From NCBI GenBank assembly GCA_042571705.1, contig JBHPFV010000003.1, forward strand, positions 28,298 through 92,297: 64,000 bases of DNA, read 5' to 3'. Numbering within the stretch: position 1 is the stretch's first letter; the number at the start of each line of letters is the position of its first letter. This DNA comes from Candidatus Omnitrophota bacterium. Its GTDB lineage: Bacteria; Omnitrophota; Gorgyraeia; JAFGHF01. The position numbers and the translations under genes are program-made. Positions 16,416 to 25,355 of the stretch are shown piece by piece. The notes beneath the pieces were generated by a model. It was not told the DNA's origin. It made no database searches and saw nothing but the letters and a program-made list of their open reading frames with translations.

Positions 16416-18755
16416 TTACTTTTTCACCGGTATCTTAATAGTCACGGTAGTCCCTTGTTGTGGCTTAGAGGAGACTTCAATGCTTCCCTTGTGGTTTTCA
16501 ATAATCCTATATACGATAGAAAGCCCCAGGCCGGTGCCTTGACCGATATCTTTGGTAGTAAAGAATGGGTCAAATATCTTATCAAGTTGATTTTTTGATA
16601 TCCCGACACCATCGTCCTTGACTTGCACGACCACAAAGTTTCCTTCTTGATAACTTTCGATGGTAATCGCGCCAGCTTCTCTAACTGATTTGATGGCTTC
16701 TTTGGCATTGACGATTAAATTGGTAAACACTTGCATTAATTCGTTAAAATTGCCCTCAATGGCCGCGATTGTTCCTTGCTGTTTGATCAGATAAAACTCA
16801 ATTTTTTCTTTAGTCAACTGATGCTCCAAAAAAGAGCAACAGCGGTCGATGACCTGATTTATTTGGATCGGTTCAAACTTGCTGCTGGTTTTCCTTGAGT
16901 ATTGCAACAGCATTTCTACAATTTCTTTGCAGCGCTGGGTACCTTCTTCGATTTGCTTGAGCATTCTTTTGTATGGTTTGGCCTGCAATTTTCTGAGCAA
17001 CATTTCTGTATTAAGTAATATCGCGCCCAGCGGTGTGTTGATTTCATGAGCCACGCCGCCGGCCAAGATACCTACCGTGGCCATTTTTTCGGACTGTATC
17101 AGCTGGGCTTCGGTAGTTTTTAATTTTTTCTGCACCCCGGAATGCATGCGGGCGTTGACTAAAGCTATGGAGGCATATTCAGCCAATGCTTCCACTAAGC
17201 TCAAGTCATCAGCGGTAAAGGCATTAACCAGAGATTGCCTGTCGATATAGATTAAGCCGACAATCCCTTTATTTTCTCTTTTTAAAGGCACGCAAATTAC
17301 TGAGCGAATATCCAGGTCTAAAACGCTTTTTGCAGTTGAAAATTGGCTGTCACCCTGAACATCAGTAAGCAAAATTGCTTCTTGGGTCTCCATGACCTTC
17401 TTGGTGATCGTCCGGCTAAAATTCTTGAAGAAAGTATGCTGTTTTTTGGTAATTTTTTCCTTAGTTCTAATTACCTGGGAATAAAGCTTTCCGGCCTCAT
17501 CCAGCAAAATCAAAAATCCACGATCAGCTTCAGTTACTTTCATGATGTATTCAATGACGTTATTTAAGACAGCCTCTAAGTCCAAATTACTGACCACCAG
17601 TTTCATGAATTCTTCCAGCGTTCCTTGCTGCTGTGTTTGTACAGAAGATGGTTGTTGAGCAGACCCTGGTGGCGCTGGCGCTTCTTTTTGCCTGTCTTTT
17701 AAGTCTTGGCGGGCTTGATTGGCAAGAGAGAGCTGAAATTGATTATCAATGATAATAAATTTAGCCGAGGCCTCTTCTAGGGCCTTGGTGCTTTGAGAAT
17801 AGTCTTTTAGCTCTGCGTATAATTCACCTAGCTTCAGTTGAGTTATCCCCTCTTCTAAAGGATTCTCCGTGGACTGGGCTATTTTAATAGCTTGCTTAAA
17901 ATATTCTTCTGCTTGTTTGAATTGTTTTTCTTTTTGAGTGATTTGACCCCAAAGCCTGAACAAATAAATATGATAATAAGAATCCGATACTTCTAACTCT
18001 GTTTCTAGCTTTTGCTGGGCCTGTTCCAAATATTCCCTGGCTTCAGCTATTTTTCCTTGCTTTAAAAGCACCTCAGCCGTATGATAAAGGGCAGGAATTA
18101 ACTGCTCTGCTTGCTTGTCTTGTCCCAAAGAAACAGCCTGCTTAAGATTGGTCAAGGCTTCCCCTTCCCTATTCAATTCCAAAGCGATCTTTCCCATCAG
18201 CACCTGGGCTTGGATTTGGAGGTTAAACTTTCCTAATTTCTTGGCCAGATCCAACAGCTTATTTGCCGTTTCCTGGGCGGAGTTAAAATCTCCCCGGTTT
18301 AAGGCCTCCCAGGCCAAAACCGGCAGCACATAGATTTCATAGGTTGATGGTTCTGGTAACCTCTGCAGACAACTAAACACCGAGTTACGCAGTCCTTGGA
18401 CCTGGTGTTTGCGGCCGCAAAACCCTAAGTAATCGAGTTTACATTTATTGACCCAGAAGGTTATATCTGCAAGATTATTTTGCTGAGCTATTTTATCAGC
18501 TTTTTCTAAATATTGGTCTAGGCCTTTTCTGCCGAAGCGAGAGAAGGTCTGCTCGCAGAGACAGCAAGCCATGGCGTAAACCCACCAGTATTGCTGATCT
18601 TGTCCTGTTTTTCTCTGTTCACAACGCCCAATCAGCTCTTTCATTTGGCTAGCGCAGGTAACAGCTAACCCGTGGTCTAATAAATCAGAGGCTTTGCTTA
18701 TTGAATCTTTGCTGTAGGCGAAAAACTTCCTATTTGAACTCCAAAATAACCGCAT
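16416..18755 (-). CDS. cytoplasmic TPR-GAF histidine kinase
   Basis: The N-terminal ~350 aa are TPR-like helical repeats, followed by a Q/P-rich linker, a GAF-like region, H-box AHEINTPL, and DDGVGI and GTGLGLS boxes. Confidence 0.85.
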   Translation of the reverse strand: MRLFWSSNRKFFAYSKDSISKASDLLDHGLAVTCASQMKELIGRCEQRKTGQDQQYWWVYAMACCLCEQTFSRFGRKGLDQYLEKADKIAQQNNLADITFWVNKCKLDYLGFCGRKHQVQGLRNSVFSCLQRLPEPSTYEIYVLPVLAWEALNRGDFNSAQETANKLLDLAKKLGKFNLQIQAQVLMGKIALELNREGEALTNLKQAVSLGQDKQAEQLIPALYHTAEVLLKQGKIAEAREYLEQAQQKLETELEVSDSYYHIYLFRLWGQITQKEKQFKQAEEYFKQAIKIAQSTENPLEEGITQLKLGELYAELKDYSQSTKALEEASAKFIIIDNQFQLSLANQARQDLKDRQKEAPAPPGSAQQPSSVQTQQQGTLEEFMKLVVSNLDLEAVLNNVIEYIMKVTEADRGFLILLDEAGKLYSQVIRTKEKITKKQHTFFKNFSRTITKKVMETQEAILLTDVQGDSQFSTAKSVLDLDIRSVICVPLKRENKGIVGLIYIDRQSLVNAFTADDLSLVEALAEYASIALVNARMHSGVQKKLKTTEAQLIQSEKMATVGILAGGVAHEINTPLGAILLNTEMLLRKLQAKPYKRMLKQIEEGTQRCKEIVEMLLQYSRKTSSKFEPIQINQVIDRCCSFLEHQLTKEKIEFYLIKQQGTIAAIEGNFNELMQVFTNLIVNAKEAIKSVREAGAITIESYQEGNFVVVQVKDDGVGISKNQLDKIFDPFFTTKDIGQGTGLGLSIVYRIIENHKGSIEVSSKPQQGTTVTIKIPVKK

Positions 18756-18773
18756 TTTTGTAATGCCCTCCTT

Positions 18774-19160
18774 CTATTTATATCCAGCCAGTAACTTTTG
18801 TAATAATCTTGCGTCTTTTTTGCGCAGGTCTATAAAGCAGGCTCCGGTACTAAGAATGTCTTGATGTCCTTTTGCAACCGGCCGGCTATAAACTATTTTT
18901 ACCTTGGCGTTAATAGTTTTAGGCTTAGTTGGTTTGCCGCGTTTACTTTTTCTGGGTAACTCAAGCTGAAGATCTATTACCAAGGGGTCCGGTTTATGGC
19001 TGCCGACAAATCCCAACCCTTCAGCGCTAATATCTTTAGTTTGGGCCCTGATCTTTAGCTGTTCTTTAACTGGAGGTATGGTAGTGTGATAAGTTACCGG
19101 GAGTGAAACAGCGAATCTGCGCGTACCCCTGTTTTCAGTATATTTTTTCTTCCTTTTCAT
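18774..19160 (-). CDS. PilZ domain protein
   Basis: RGTRR (RxxxR) and DISAEG (DxSxxG). Confidence 0.7.
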   Translation of the reverse strand: MKRKKKYTENRGTRRFAVSLPVTYHTTIPPVKEQLKIRAQTKDISAEGLGFVGSHKPDPLVIDLQLELPRKSKRGKPTKPKTINAKVKIVYSRPVAKGHQDILSTGACFIDLRKKDARLLQKLLAGYK

Positions 19161-19185
19161 TAAACTACTCCCTTTTCCTTGGGCG

Positions 19186-19563
19186 TTACATCCAATGGTT
19201 CCAATCTAGCCTAGCAATACTTTCCTTCACGAATTTTCTGATCGTCAACCGATCTTTTTGCTTCAACTTGACAAAGGCCACGCCGCATCGATAAGTGGGA
19301 TATCCGCCCCAGTAATTATTCAGCACGAACGTGATCCGACCTTGAACATTAATGCTAACATAAGGAGAGGGCAATACTATTGTTAGCTGCAAAATACTTC
19401 CGGGAGGCAGTTTCTTTGAGGTCTTGAGCATTATTCCGCCTTCGCAGATATTTACGCTGACCGCTTTTGTTGGTGAAGAAGCAGAGCCTTTAACCCTATA
19501 TTTGACACCAAAATCCGTTCTGACTCTAGAGAATTTTCTCTGTTCTTGAGCCATTTGAACCAC
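19186..19563 (-). CDS. PilZ domain protein (Cys variant of the binding motif)
   Basis: RKFSR, and NICEGG (Ser replaced by Cys). Its 5' end overlaps the larC stop by 29-38 bp, depending on the start codon chosen. Confidence 0.75.
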   Translation of the reverse strand: MVQMAQEQRKFSRVRTDFGVKYRVKGSASSPTKAVSVNICEGGIMLKTSKKLPPGSILQLTIVLPSPYVSINVQGRITFVLNNYWGGYPTYRCGVAFVKLKQKDRLTIRKFVKESIARLDWNHWM

Positions 19564-20737
19564 TCTCCTTCAATTTTTTTGAGCAGAGCATTTTTGCCTG
19601 ATCATACACAGCCTGCAAAGGCACCTTCTTTTTTTTAGCAATTCTTTTACAGGATTCATATTCCGGGGCAATAGTTTTTATCCGCTGGCCAATTTTGCCT
19701 ATTTTTACCTCAACCTTCCCGAAATCAGTCCCTATTGATACAACCTTGCGCAAAAGTTTTCTTCTTGTAAGATACTGTATCCTGACCCCAAATGTTGAAG
19801 TCTCGTCAAATATAACAGAGAGCAGTTCATCAAGTTTTTGTGGTTCGCTCAGGACGCTGAGCATGCTGGCAGCCCGGCCCTTTTTCATAATTATAGGGGT
19901 CATAAAGACATCAAGCGCGCCCTGGGAAAACAACTTTTCGCATGTATATTCCAGCACTTCGGGACTGAGGTCATCTATGTTTGTTTCCACCAGCGCTATT
20001 TCGTCTCGATCAGGCTGGTGTTCAATTAATTTCCCGAGGGAAATCCGTAAGAAATTAGGAATATTAAGTTCTTTCTCTCCTGCCCCGTAGCCTATTTTAG
20101 CTATTTTCATCTGCGGCAGGGAGCCAAAGCCCTGAGCAACAGCTTTAACTATAGAGGCGCCTGTGGGCGTAACCAGCTCTGTTTCTATGCCTTGGGAATA
20201 GACAGGTATTCCTTTCAATAACTCAAGTGTTGCCGGTGCCGGAACAGGTAATGTCCCGTGCCCGCATTTAAGAAAACCGCTTCCCATATGGATTTTTGAT
20301 GAATAGACGCGTTCAATGCCTAATTTCTTTATGGCTATAAAAGCCCCGATAATCTCTACTATTGAATCCAGCGCTCCCAGCTCATGAAAATGTATCTGAT
20401 TGATATCTTTACGATGTATTTGCGACTCTATCCTGGCAAGTTCTGTAAATGTATTTTTGCCCAGCTTCTTGATCTCACTATCCAATCCGCTTTTTTCTAT
20501 TAACTGCAGAATATCTCTTAAGTTTCGCTTGCGCGTTTGCTTGACAGTAGTAATATTAAACTTTGTTCCTGAGATCCCTCCCCTGAGCACCTGCTCTGTT
20601 TCTATTCTGTAACCGGGAAGCTTAAGTTTTTTTAGTTCTGCTTTAAGTTGCTTGAGATCCAGTCCGGCATCAATCAATGCGCCCAGGACCATATCCCCAC
20701 TGATACCGGAGAAGCAATCAAAATAGGCTATCTGCAC
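19526..20737 (-). CDS. larC: LarC, nickel-inserting cyclometallase of nickel-pincer nucleotide (NPN) cofactor synthesis
   Basis: N-terminus MQIAYFDCFSGISGDMVLGALIDAG. About 400 aa, with the typical two-domain length. Confidence 0.88.
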   Translation of the reverse strand: MQIAYFDCFSGISGDMVLGALIDAGLDLKQLKAELKKLKLPGYRIETEQVLRGGISGTKFNITTVKQTRKRNLRDILQLIEKSGLDSEIKKLGKNTFTELARIESQIHRKDINQIHFHELGALDSIVEIIGAFIAIKKLGIERVYSSKIHMGSGFLKCGHGTLPVPAPATLELLKGIPVYSQGIETELVTPTGASIVKAVAQGFGSLPQMKIAKIGYGAGEKELNIPNFLRISLGKLIEHQPDRDEIALVETNIDDLSPEVLEYTCEKLFSQGALDVFMTPIIMKKGRAASMLSVLSEPQKLDELLSVIFDETSTFGVRIQYLTRRKLLRKVVSIGTDFGKVEVKIGKIGQRIKTIAPEYESCKRIAKKKKVPLQAVYDQAKMLCSKKLKESGSNGSRTEKIL

Positions 20738-21492
20738 GTTTGTTTACCCATTCTATTGATCATGCTTGCAAAATACCCCGCACCAAACCCATTATCTATA
20801 TTTACTACTGTAACTCCGGGAGCGCAGCAGTTAAGCATAGACAATAGCGCCGCCAAACCATCAAAACTTGCTCCATAGCCAATACTAGTGGGAACAGCAA
20901 TTACCGGCTTATCTACCAGACCCCCGACTATACTAGCTAGGGCTCCTTCCATGCCGGCAACAACTATAATTACATTGGCCTTAACCAGGTTGGGCAAATA
21001 TTTAAATAATCTATGTATGCCGGCGACGCCGATATCATATGTTCGCTCCACAGAGTTTCCCAGAAGTTCGGCCGTTACCGCCGCTTCTTCGGCAACCGGA
21101 ATATCGGCAGTTCCGGCGCTGATGATCAATATACGTTTTTTGGAATTTTTTTGTTTACTCCGGCCGACAGCTACTATCTTGGCAGTTTCGTAATAAACCG
21201 CGTTCTTTTTTATTTTTTTGATAGCCTGGTAAATTTGTTTACTGGCCTTGGTGGCTATGGCCCAGCCAGTAGTCGCTAAAAGCCTCTTTGCTATCTTTGT
21301 GATTTGGTCGATCGTCTTACCCTTACAGAATATAACCTCCGGAACACCACAGCGTAACTCGCGATGCGTATCCAGTTTAGCAAATCCCAGGTCTTCAAAC
21401 GGCAGAGTTCGCAAAACATTCATCGCTTTGGAAACATCCAGCTTGCCGTTGCGTACACCATTAAGAAGTGCGTTTATCTTTTTGCTATTCAA
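20728..21492 (-). CDS. larB: LarB, NaAD carboxylase/hydrolase (AIR-carboxylase-like)
   Basis: ISAGTADIPVAEEAAVTAELLG and the PurE-like C-terminal half. 254 aa. Confidence 0.88.
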   Translation of the reverse strand: MNSKKINALLNGVRNGKLDVSKAMNVLRTLPFEDLGFAKLDTHRELRCGVPEVIFCKGKTIDQITKIAKRLLATTGWAIATKASKQIYQAIKKIKKNAVYYETAKIVAVGRSKQKNSKKRILIISAGTADIPVAEEAAVTAELLGNSVERTYDIGVAGIHRLFKYLPNLVKANVIIVVAGMEGALASIVGGLVDKPVIAVPTSIGYGASFDGLAALLSMLNCCAPGVTVVNIDNGFGAGYFASMINRMGKQTCR

Positions 21493-21501
21493 ATTCCATT
21501 C

Positions 21502-22329
21502 CTACCTTGAGCTTTTTAGCGTTTCGTTCATACTGCCCATCCTGTAACCTTCCAGGTCTACGGTTATGTACGCATAACCTAGTTTTTTAAGTTCGGCTAC
21601 AGCCTTCTCAGATATGCCTGAGCCGAAAAACAGGGGTATTTCTTCTTTGGGGACCTCTATTCTGGCAATAGCACCGTGTACCCTTACGCGCAGTTGACTA
21701 AAACCCAAAGTTGAGAGCAGCTCCTCGGCCTGATCCACTCGGATGAGCTCTGGAGAGGTGATTCTGTTGCCATATGGAAATCTGGATGATAAACACGGAA
21801 AAGCAGGTTTGTCCCAGGAAGGAAGATTAAGCTCTTTTGACAATATCCGGATCTCCTGTTTCGTAAATCCGGCTTCCTTTAAAGGGCTTCTCACGCTCAG
21901 TTCAGCCGCGGCTTTTGCGCCCGGGCGAAAATCTTTTGTATCATCGTAGTTTGAACCATCGGCAACATACTTTATTCCGTACTTCTTGGCCAGTTCGTTA
22001 AGCTTGGCAAACAACTCGCTTTTGCAGTAATAGCACCTTTGTGGAGAGTTCGCGGCAAAATCTTCGTTATTCAATTCACTTGTATTAATGATAATGTGTT
22101 TGACGCCTATAATTCCGGCATATTCTTTAGCTGCTTTGACTTCACGAGCGGGATATGTCTCTGACTGCGCGGTAACTGCCAGCACATTGTCCAGTAAAAC
22201 ATCCTTGGCCACTTTAACTAATAAAGTGCTGTCTACGCCTCCTGAATAAGCAACTAAAACACTTTCCATGCTCAATAAAATATTTTTTAAAACTGCTAAC
22301 TTTTCCAAGAGCTTATCCCTGCTTAACAA
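21502..22329 (-). CDS. larE: LarE, ATP-dependent sacrificial sulfur transferase
   Basis: PP-loop YSGGVDS and the LarE cysteine motif PCLSSRFPYG. 275 aa. Confidence 0.88.
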   Translation of the reverse strand: MLSRDKLLEKLAVLKNILLSMESVLVAYSGGVDSTLLVKVAKDVLLDNVLAVTAQSETYPAREVKAAKEYAGIIGVKHIIINTSELNNEDFAANSPQRCYYCKSELFAKLNELAKKYGIKYVADGSNYDDTKDFRPGAKAAAELSVRSPLKEAGFTKQEIRILSKELNLPSWDKPAFPCLSSRFPYGNRITSPELIRVDQAEELLSTLGFSQLRVRVHGAIARIEVPKEEIPLFFGSGISEKAVAELKKLGYAYITVDLEGYRMGSMNETLKSSR

Positions 22330-23056
22330 TAATTGTGCTGTTTAAATATACGTCTTTCATGCCCTCAATGAATTTTGTTAATATTTGCGAAGGTTGGCTG
22401 GGGTCAAAATGCATGAACGTACAAATATCATTAAACTCATAGAATGGTTCCAGTGGTGTCTTTTCATCTACATCATGAACTTTAGTAAACCCCATCTTTT
22501 CATAAATCCGGCCGGTTTTATATTTATTTCCCTGAATGATCAGCACCTCGTTTACTCCTTCTTGAAAGAAATAAGAATAGGTTACCGTAAATAGACCGGC
22601 GCCGACTTTACTTTTTACATTACGAAATCTGCGGTATTCTTCAGCAACCACCAGTCTGGATATCTCGATAACCTTGCGCTTCCTCTTGGTGAAATCGTCT
22701 AACATTACATCTAAGGCCCGGAGATGCTTTTTTAAATTTAATTTTTTAAAAATATACTCTGTTTCGCCGTCAAAATAAATCCCGTTTTCCGATAGTATGC
22801 TGACCCTTAAGCCCCCGATAACCCGGCCGTTATCTACAGCTATTGTATGCATCGAAACCGGATCCCACTTTTCTTCAAATCTGCCTTCCTTCGAGAGAAT
22901 TTCTTTCGAATAAAGGCCTTCGTCTACATAAACCTTGCCGCGCAATTTGCATAGTTGGTCTAAATATTTATTCCACAAGCCTGGGTCAACAACGACGTTC
23001 ATCTTGCCTGGAGCATACTTTGGGGGAGATTGTTCTAAAATTATAAATTTAACCAT
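22313..23056 (-). CDS. GNAT-fold N-acyltransferase of the LuxI/FeeM/OlsB-like group (N-acyl amino acid or autoinducer synthase-like)
   Basis: LRGKVYVDEGLY..GRFEEKWD..HTIAVDNGRVIGGLRV and IEISRLVVAEEYRR follow the pattern of that family. 247 aa. Confidence 0.55.
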   Translation of the reverse strand: MVKFIILEQSPPKYAPGKMNVVVDPGLWNKYLDQLCKLRGKVYVDEGLYSKEILSKEGRFEEKWDPVSMHTIAVDNGRVIGGLRVSILSENGIYFDGETEYIFKKLNLKKHLRALDVMLDDFTKRKRKVIEISRLVVAEEYRRFRNVKSKVGAGLFTVTYSYFFQEGVNEVLIIQGNKYKTGRIYEKMGFTKVHDVDEKTPLEPFYEFNDICTFMHFDPSQPSQILTKFIEGMKDVYLNSTIIVKQG

Positions 23057-23059
23057 TTA

Positions 23060-25351
23060 TTATGTTTCCTCTTTGAGAATTTTAATAAATATCTCTACGA
23101 TCTGAGGGTCAAATTGCTTACCCGCGTTTTTAATTAGTTCATTTTGAGCTTGCTCTACTGAGAGCGCCTTGAGATAAGGCTTATCGCTAATCATGGCTTG
23201 ATAGGCATCAACAATAGCGATGATCCTGGATTCCAAAGGTATGGCCTCGCCTTTGAGGCCTTCCAGATAACCCTTGCCATCCCAGCGCTCATGATGATAG
23301 CACACTATCCTGGCAATGTCTTCAAAATCTTCTAATTTTTCAGCCACGTTTTTGCTGTAAATAACGTGTTTTTTAATGGTTTCAAACTCTGCCTTGGTTA
23401 ATGAGCCTGGCTTGGTTAGGATATTAACAGGAATGCGCATTTTCCCGACATCATAAATTAAGGTAGCGGTTTCCAGTTGCTCCAATTGCCGCTTCGATAA
23501 ATTGAACCGCTCCCCTATTTTTCTGGCTAGTTGTGCGTTCTTCACATAGTGCAGGCGGGCATACCCCACAATCTCTGTAAGTTTGGTTACCAATTTTGTT
23601 ATATGAGTTAGTCTGTCTTCGAGCTCTTGCAACAGGCAAAGGTTATAATAGATACCCTTCTTCTTCATTAGTTGGCTGTGTGTTCCCATCTCCCGCATTT
23701 TCCCCATGTGCAGCACGAGGATCCTGTCGGCGTTACGAACAGTAGAGAGATGGTGAGCAATCACAATAACAGTCCTTTGTCCTTTTAAAATTTTTAAAAT
23801 ATTTTTAATCTCATTTGTGGTTTCGGCATCAACATTTGCCGTAGCTTCGTCAAGGACTATAATCTGGGGATTAAATAAACAAGCACGAGCAAAAGAGATT
23901 AGCTGTTTTTGACCGGTAGATAGCCTCGAGCCTAATTCTTGGACCTTTTCTTTGTATCCATGAGGAAGCTGAGATATAAATTTATCAGCGCCCACATAAA
24001 CAGCTGCTTGTTGGACTTGCTGGCTATCTATTTCTGAATTTCGTAATTTAATATTATCCTCTATACTTCCCGAGAACAGAAAAGGATCCTGCGGCACTAT
24101 TCCAATCAGCGAACGAAGCTTACCCTTGTTAATATTTTGAATATTAACGCCGTCAATTAGAATTTGCCCCTTATTCATTTCGTAAAATCGAGCCAATAGG
24201 TTGACTATTGAGGTTTTACCTGCCCCAGTATGGCCGACAATACCGATTTGCTCGCCTTTTTTAATTTTAAGATTAAAATTGTTGAGCACAAAGTTATTAT
24301 TATCGTAGGCAAACCAGACATCATTGAATTCGATTTTATCCTTAAAGTCCGGCAATTTGACCTTACCTTGAGGCGACTCCAGCTCACTCTTGGTATCCAA
24401 AAATCCCAAAATTCTTTCTAAAGAAACCCAGGCAGTCTGCAAGACCTTGTTCGCCTTGACTGTCCTTTCGATCAAAGCGAAAAAAAGCCCCATCGACCCG
24501 ATAAAGACAAGCAAAGACCCCAAACTTAGAGTTCCCTGCAGTACCTTTCTTCCTCCGTAGCCTAGTATCAAGCTCATTACCGCGGCCCTAAATATTGCTG
24601 TTACTGAAGGGGTCAGGTTTAAATAAGAAAGAGAACGAATGCTCGTATCGGCGTAACTTTTATTAAAATAATACAATTTCTCATTCTGCTTTTTTTCTTG
24701 TCGAAAAAGCTTGATCAGGGAAATGCCGGTTATGTTTTCTTGAAGAAAGGCATTGATCTTTCCAAACCAAGACCGGCTTTCCCTGGTTGCTTTTGCGGCT
24801 TTGCGGTTGATCCACACCAGAAAAATTCCGAATCCCAAAATCAATACATAGAATATCAAAGCAAGTTGATAATTTTGATAAAACAAGTAACCGACGATTC
24901 CCAGGAAAAGAAATACGTTGCCTAATATACTAGTGAATTGTTCAGTTGCCACAGGTTGTAAATGCTGAACATCATTAGTAGCCACTGTCAATAATTTTCC
25001 AATAGGCGTCCGATCAAAAAATGCAAGAGGCATCGTTTGTAAATGGGCAAAGATTTTCATTCTCAGGTCCAACATTACGTTTTGTCCGATATAGCTAGTT
25101 AAATAAATCCGCAAGAAACTAAACAACAGCAGCAAACCGAGCACAAAAAGATATATTAAGAGCACATTCTTGAGTAACCCCAGGAAGTCTGCTCTGAGGA
25201 CATAAACATCTATAGCTGTTTGCAATAGGTGTAATTGGAAGATTTGTAAAAACGCAATACCCAGCTGGAAAAAGACGCACAAGATAATCAGATTCTGGTA
25301 CGGCTTGGTATGTCTGATTAACATTTTTAGATTAAGTTTTCTCTTTGCCAT
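23060..25351 (-). CDS. ABC exporter half-transporter (TMD-NBD) fused to a C-terminal, partly degenerate HD-GYP domain
   Basis: Six N-terminal TM helices. Walker A GHTGAGKTS, signature LSTGQKQ, Walker B IIVLDEAT, H-loop IAHHLS. A ~180-aa tail then carries IYDVGK (HD changed to YD) and HHERWDGKGYLEG (GYP changed to GYL). Confidence 0.9.
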   Translation of the reverse strand: MAKRKLNLKMLIRHTKPYQNLIILCVFFQLGIAFLQIFQLHLLQTAIDVYVLRADFLGLLKNVLLIYLFVLGLLLLFSFLRIYLTSYIGQNVMLDLRMKIFAHLQTMPLAFFDRTPIGKLLTVATNDVQHLQPVATEQFTSILGNVFLFLGIVGYLFYQNYQLALIFYVLILGFGIFLVWINRKAAKATRESRSWFGKINAFLQENITGISLIKLFRQEKKQNEKLYYFNKSYADTSIRSLSYLNLTPSVTAIFRAAVMSLILGYGGRKVLQGTLSLGSLLVFIGSMGLFFALIERTVKANKVLQTAWVSLERILGFLDTKSELESPQGKVKLPDFKDKIEFNDVWFAYDNNNFVLNNFNLKIKKGEQIGIVGHTGAGKTSIVNLLARFYEMNKGQILIDGVNIQNINKGKLRSLIGIVPQDPFLFSGSIEDNIKLRNSEIDSQQVQQAAVYVGADKFISQLPHGYKEKVQELGSRLSTGQKQLISFARACLFNPQIIVLDEATANVDAETTNEIKNILKILKGQRTVIVIAHHLSTVRNADRILVLHMGKMREMGTHSQLMKKKGIYYNLCLLQELEDRLTHITKLVTKLTEIVGYARLHYVKNAQLARKIGERFNLSKRQLEQLETATLIYDVGKMRIPVNILTKPGSLTKAEFETIKKHVIYSKNVAEKLEDFEDIARIVCYHHERWDGKGYLEGLKGEAIPLESRIIAIVDAYQAMISDKPYLKALSVEQAQNELIKNAGKQFDPQIVEIFIKILKEET

Positions 25352-25355
25352 ATAA

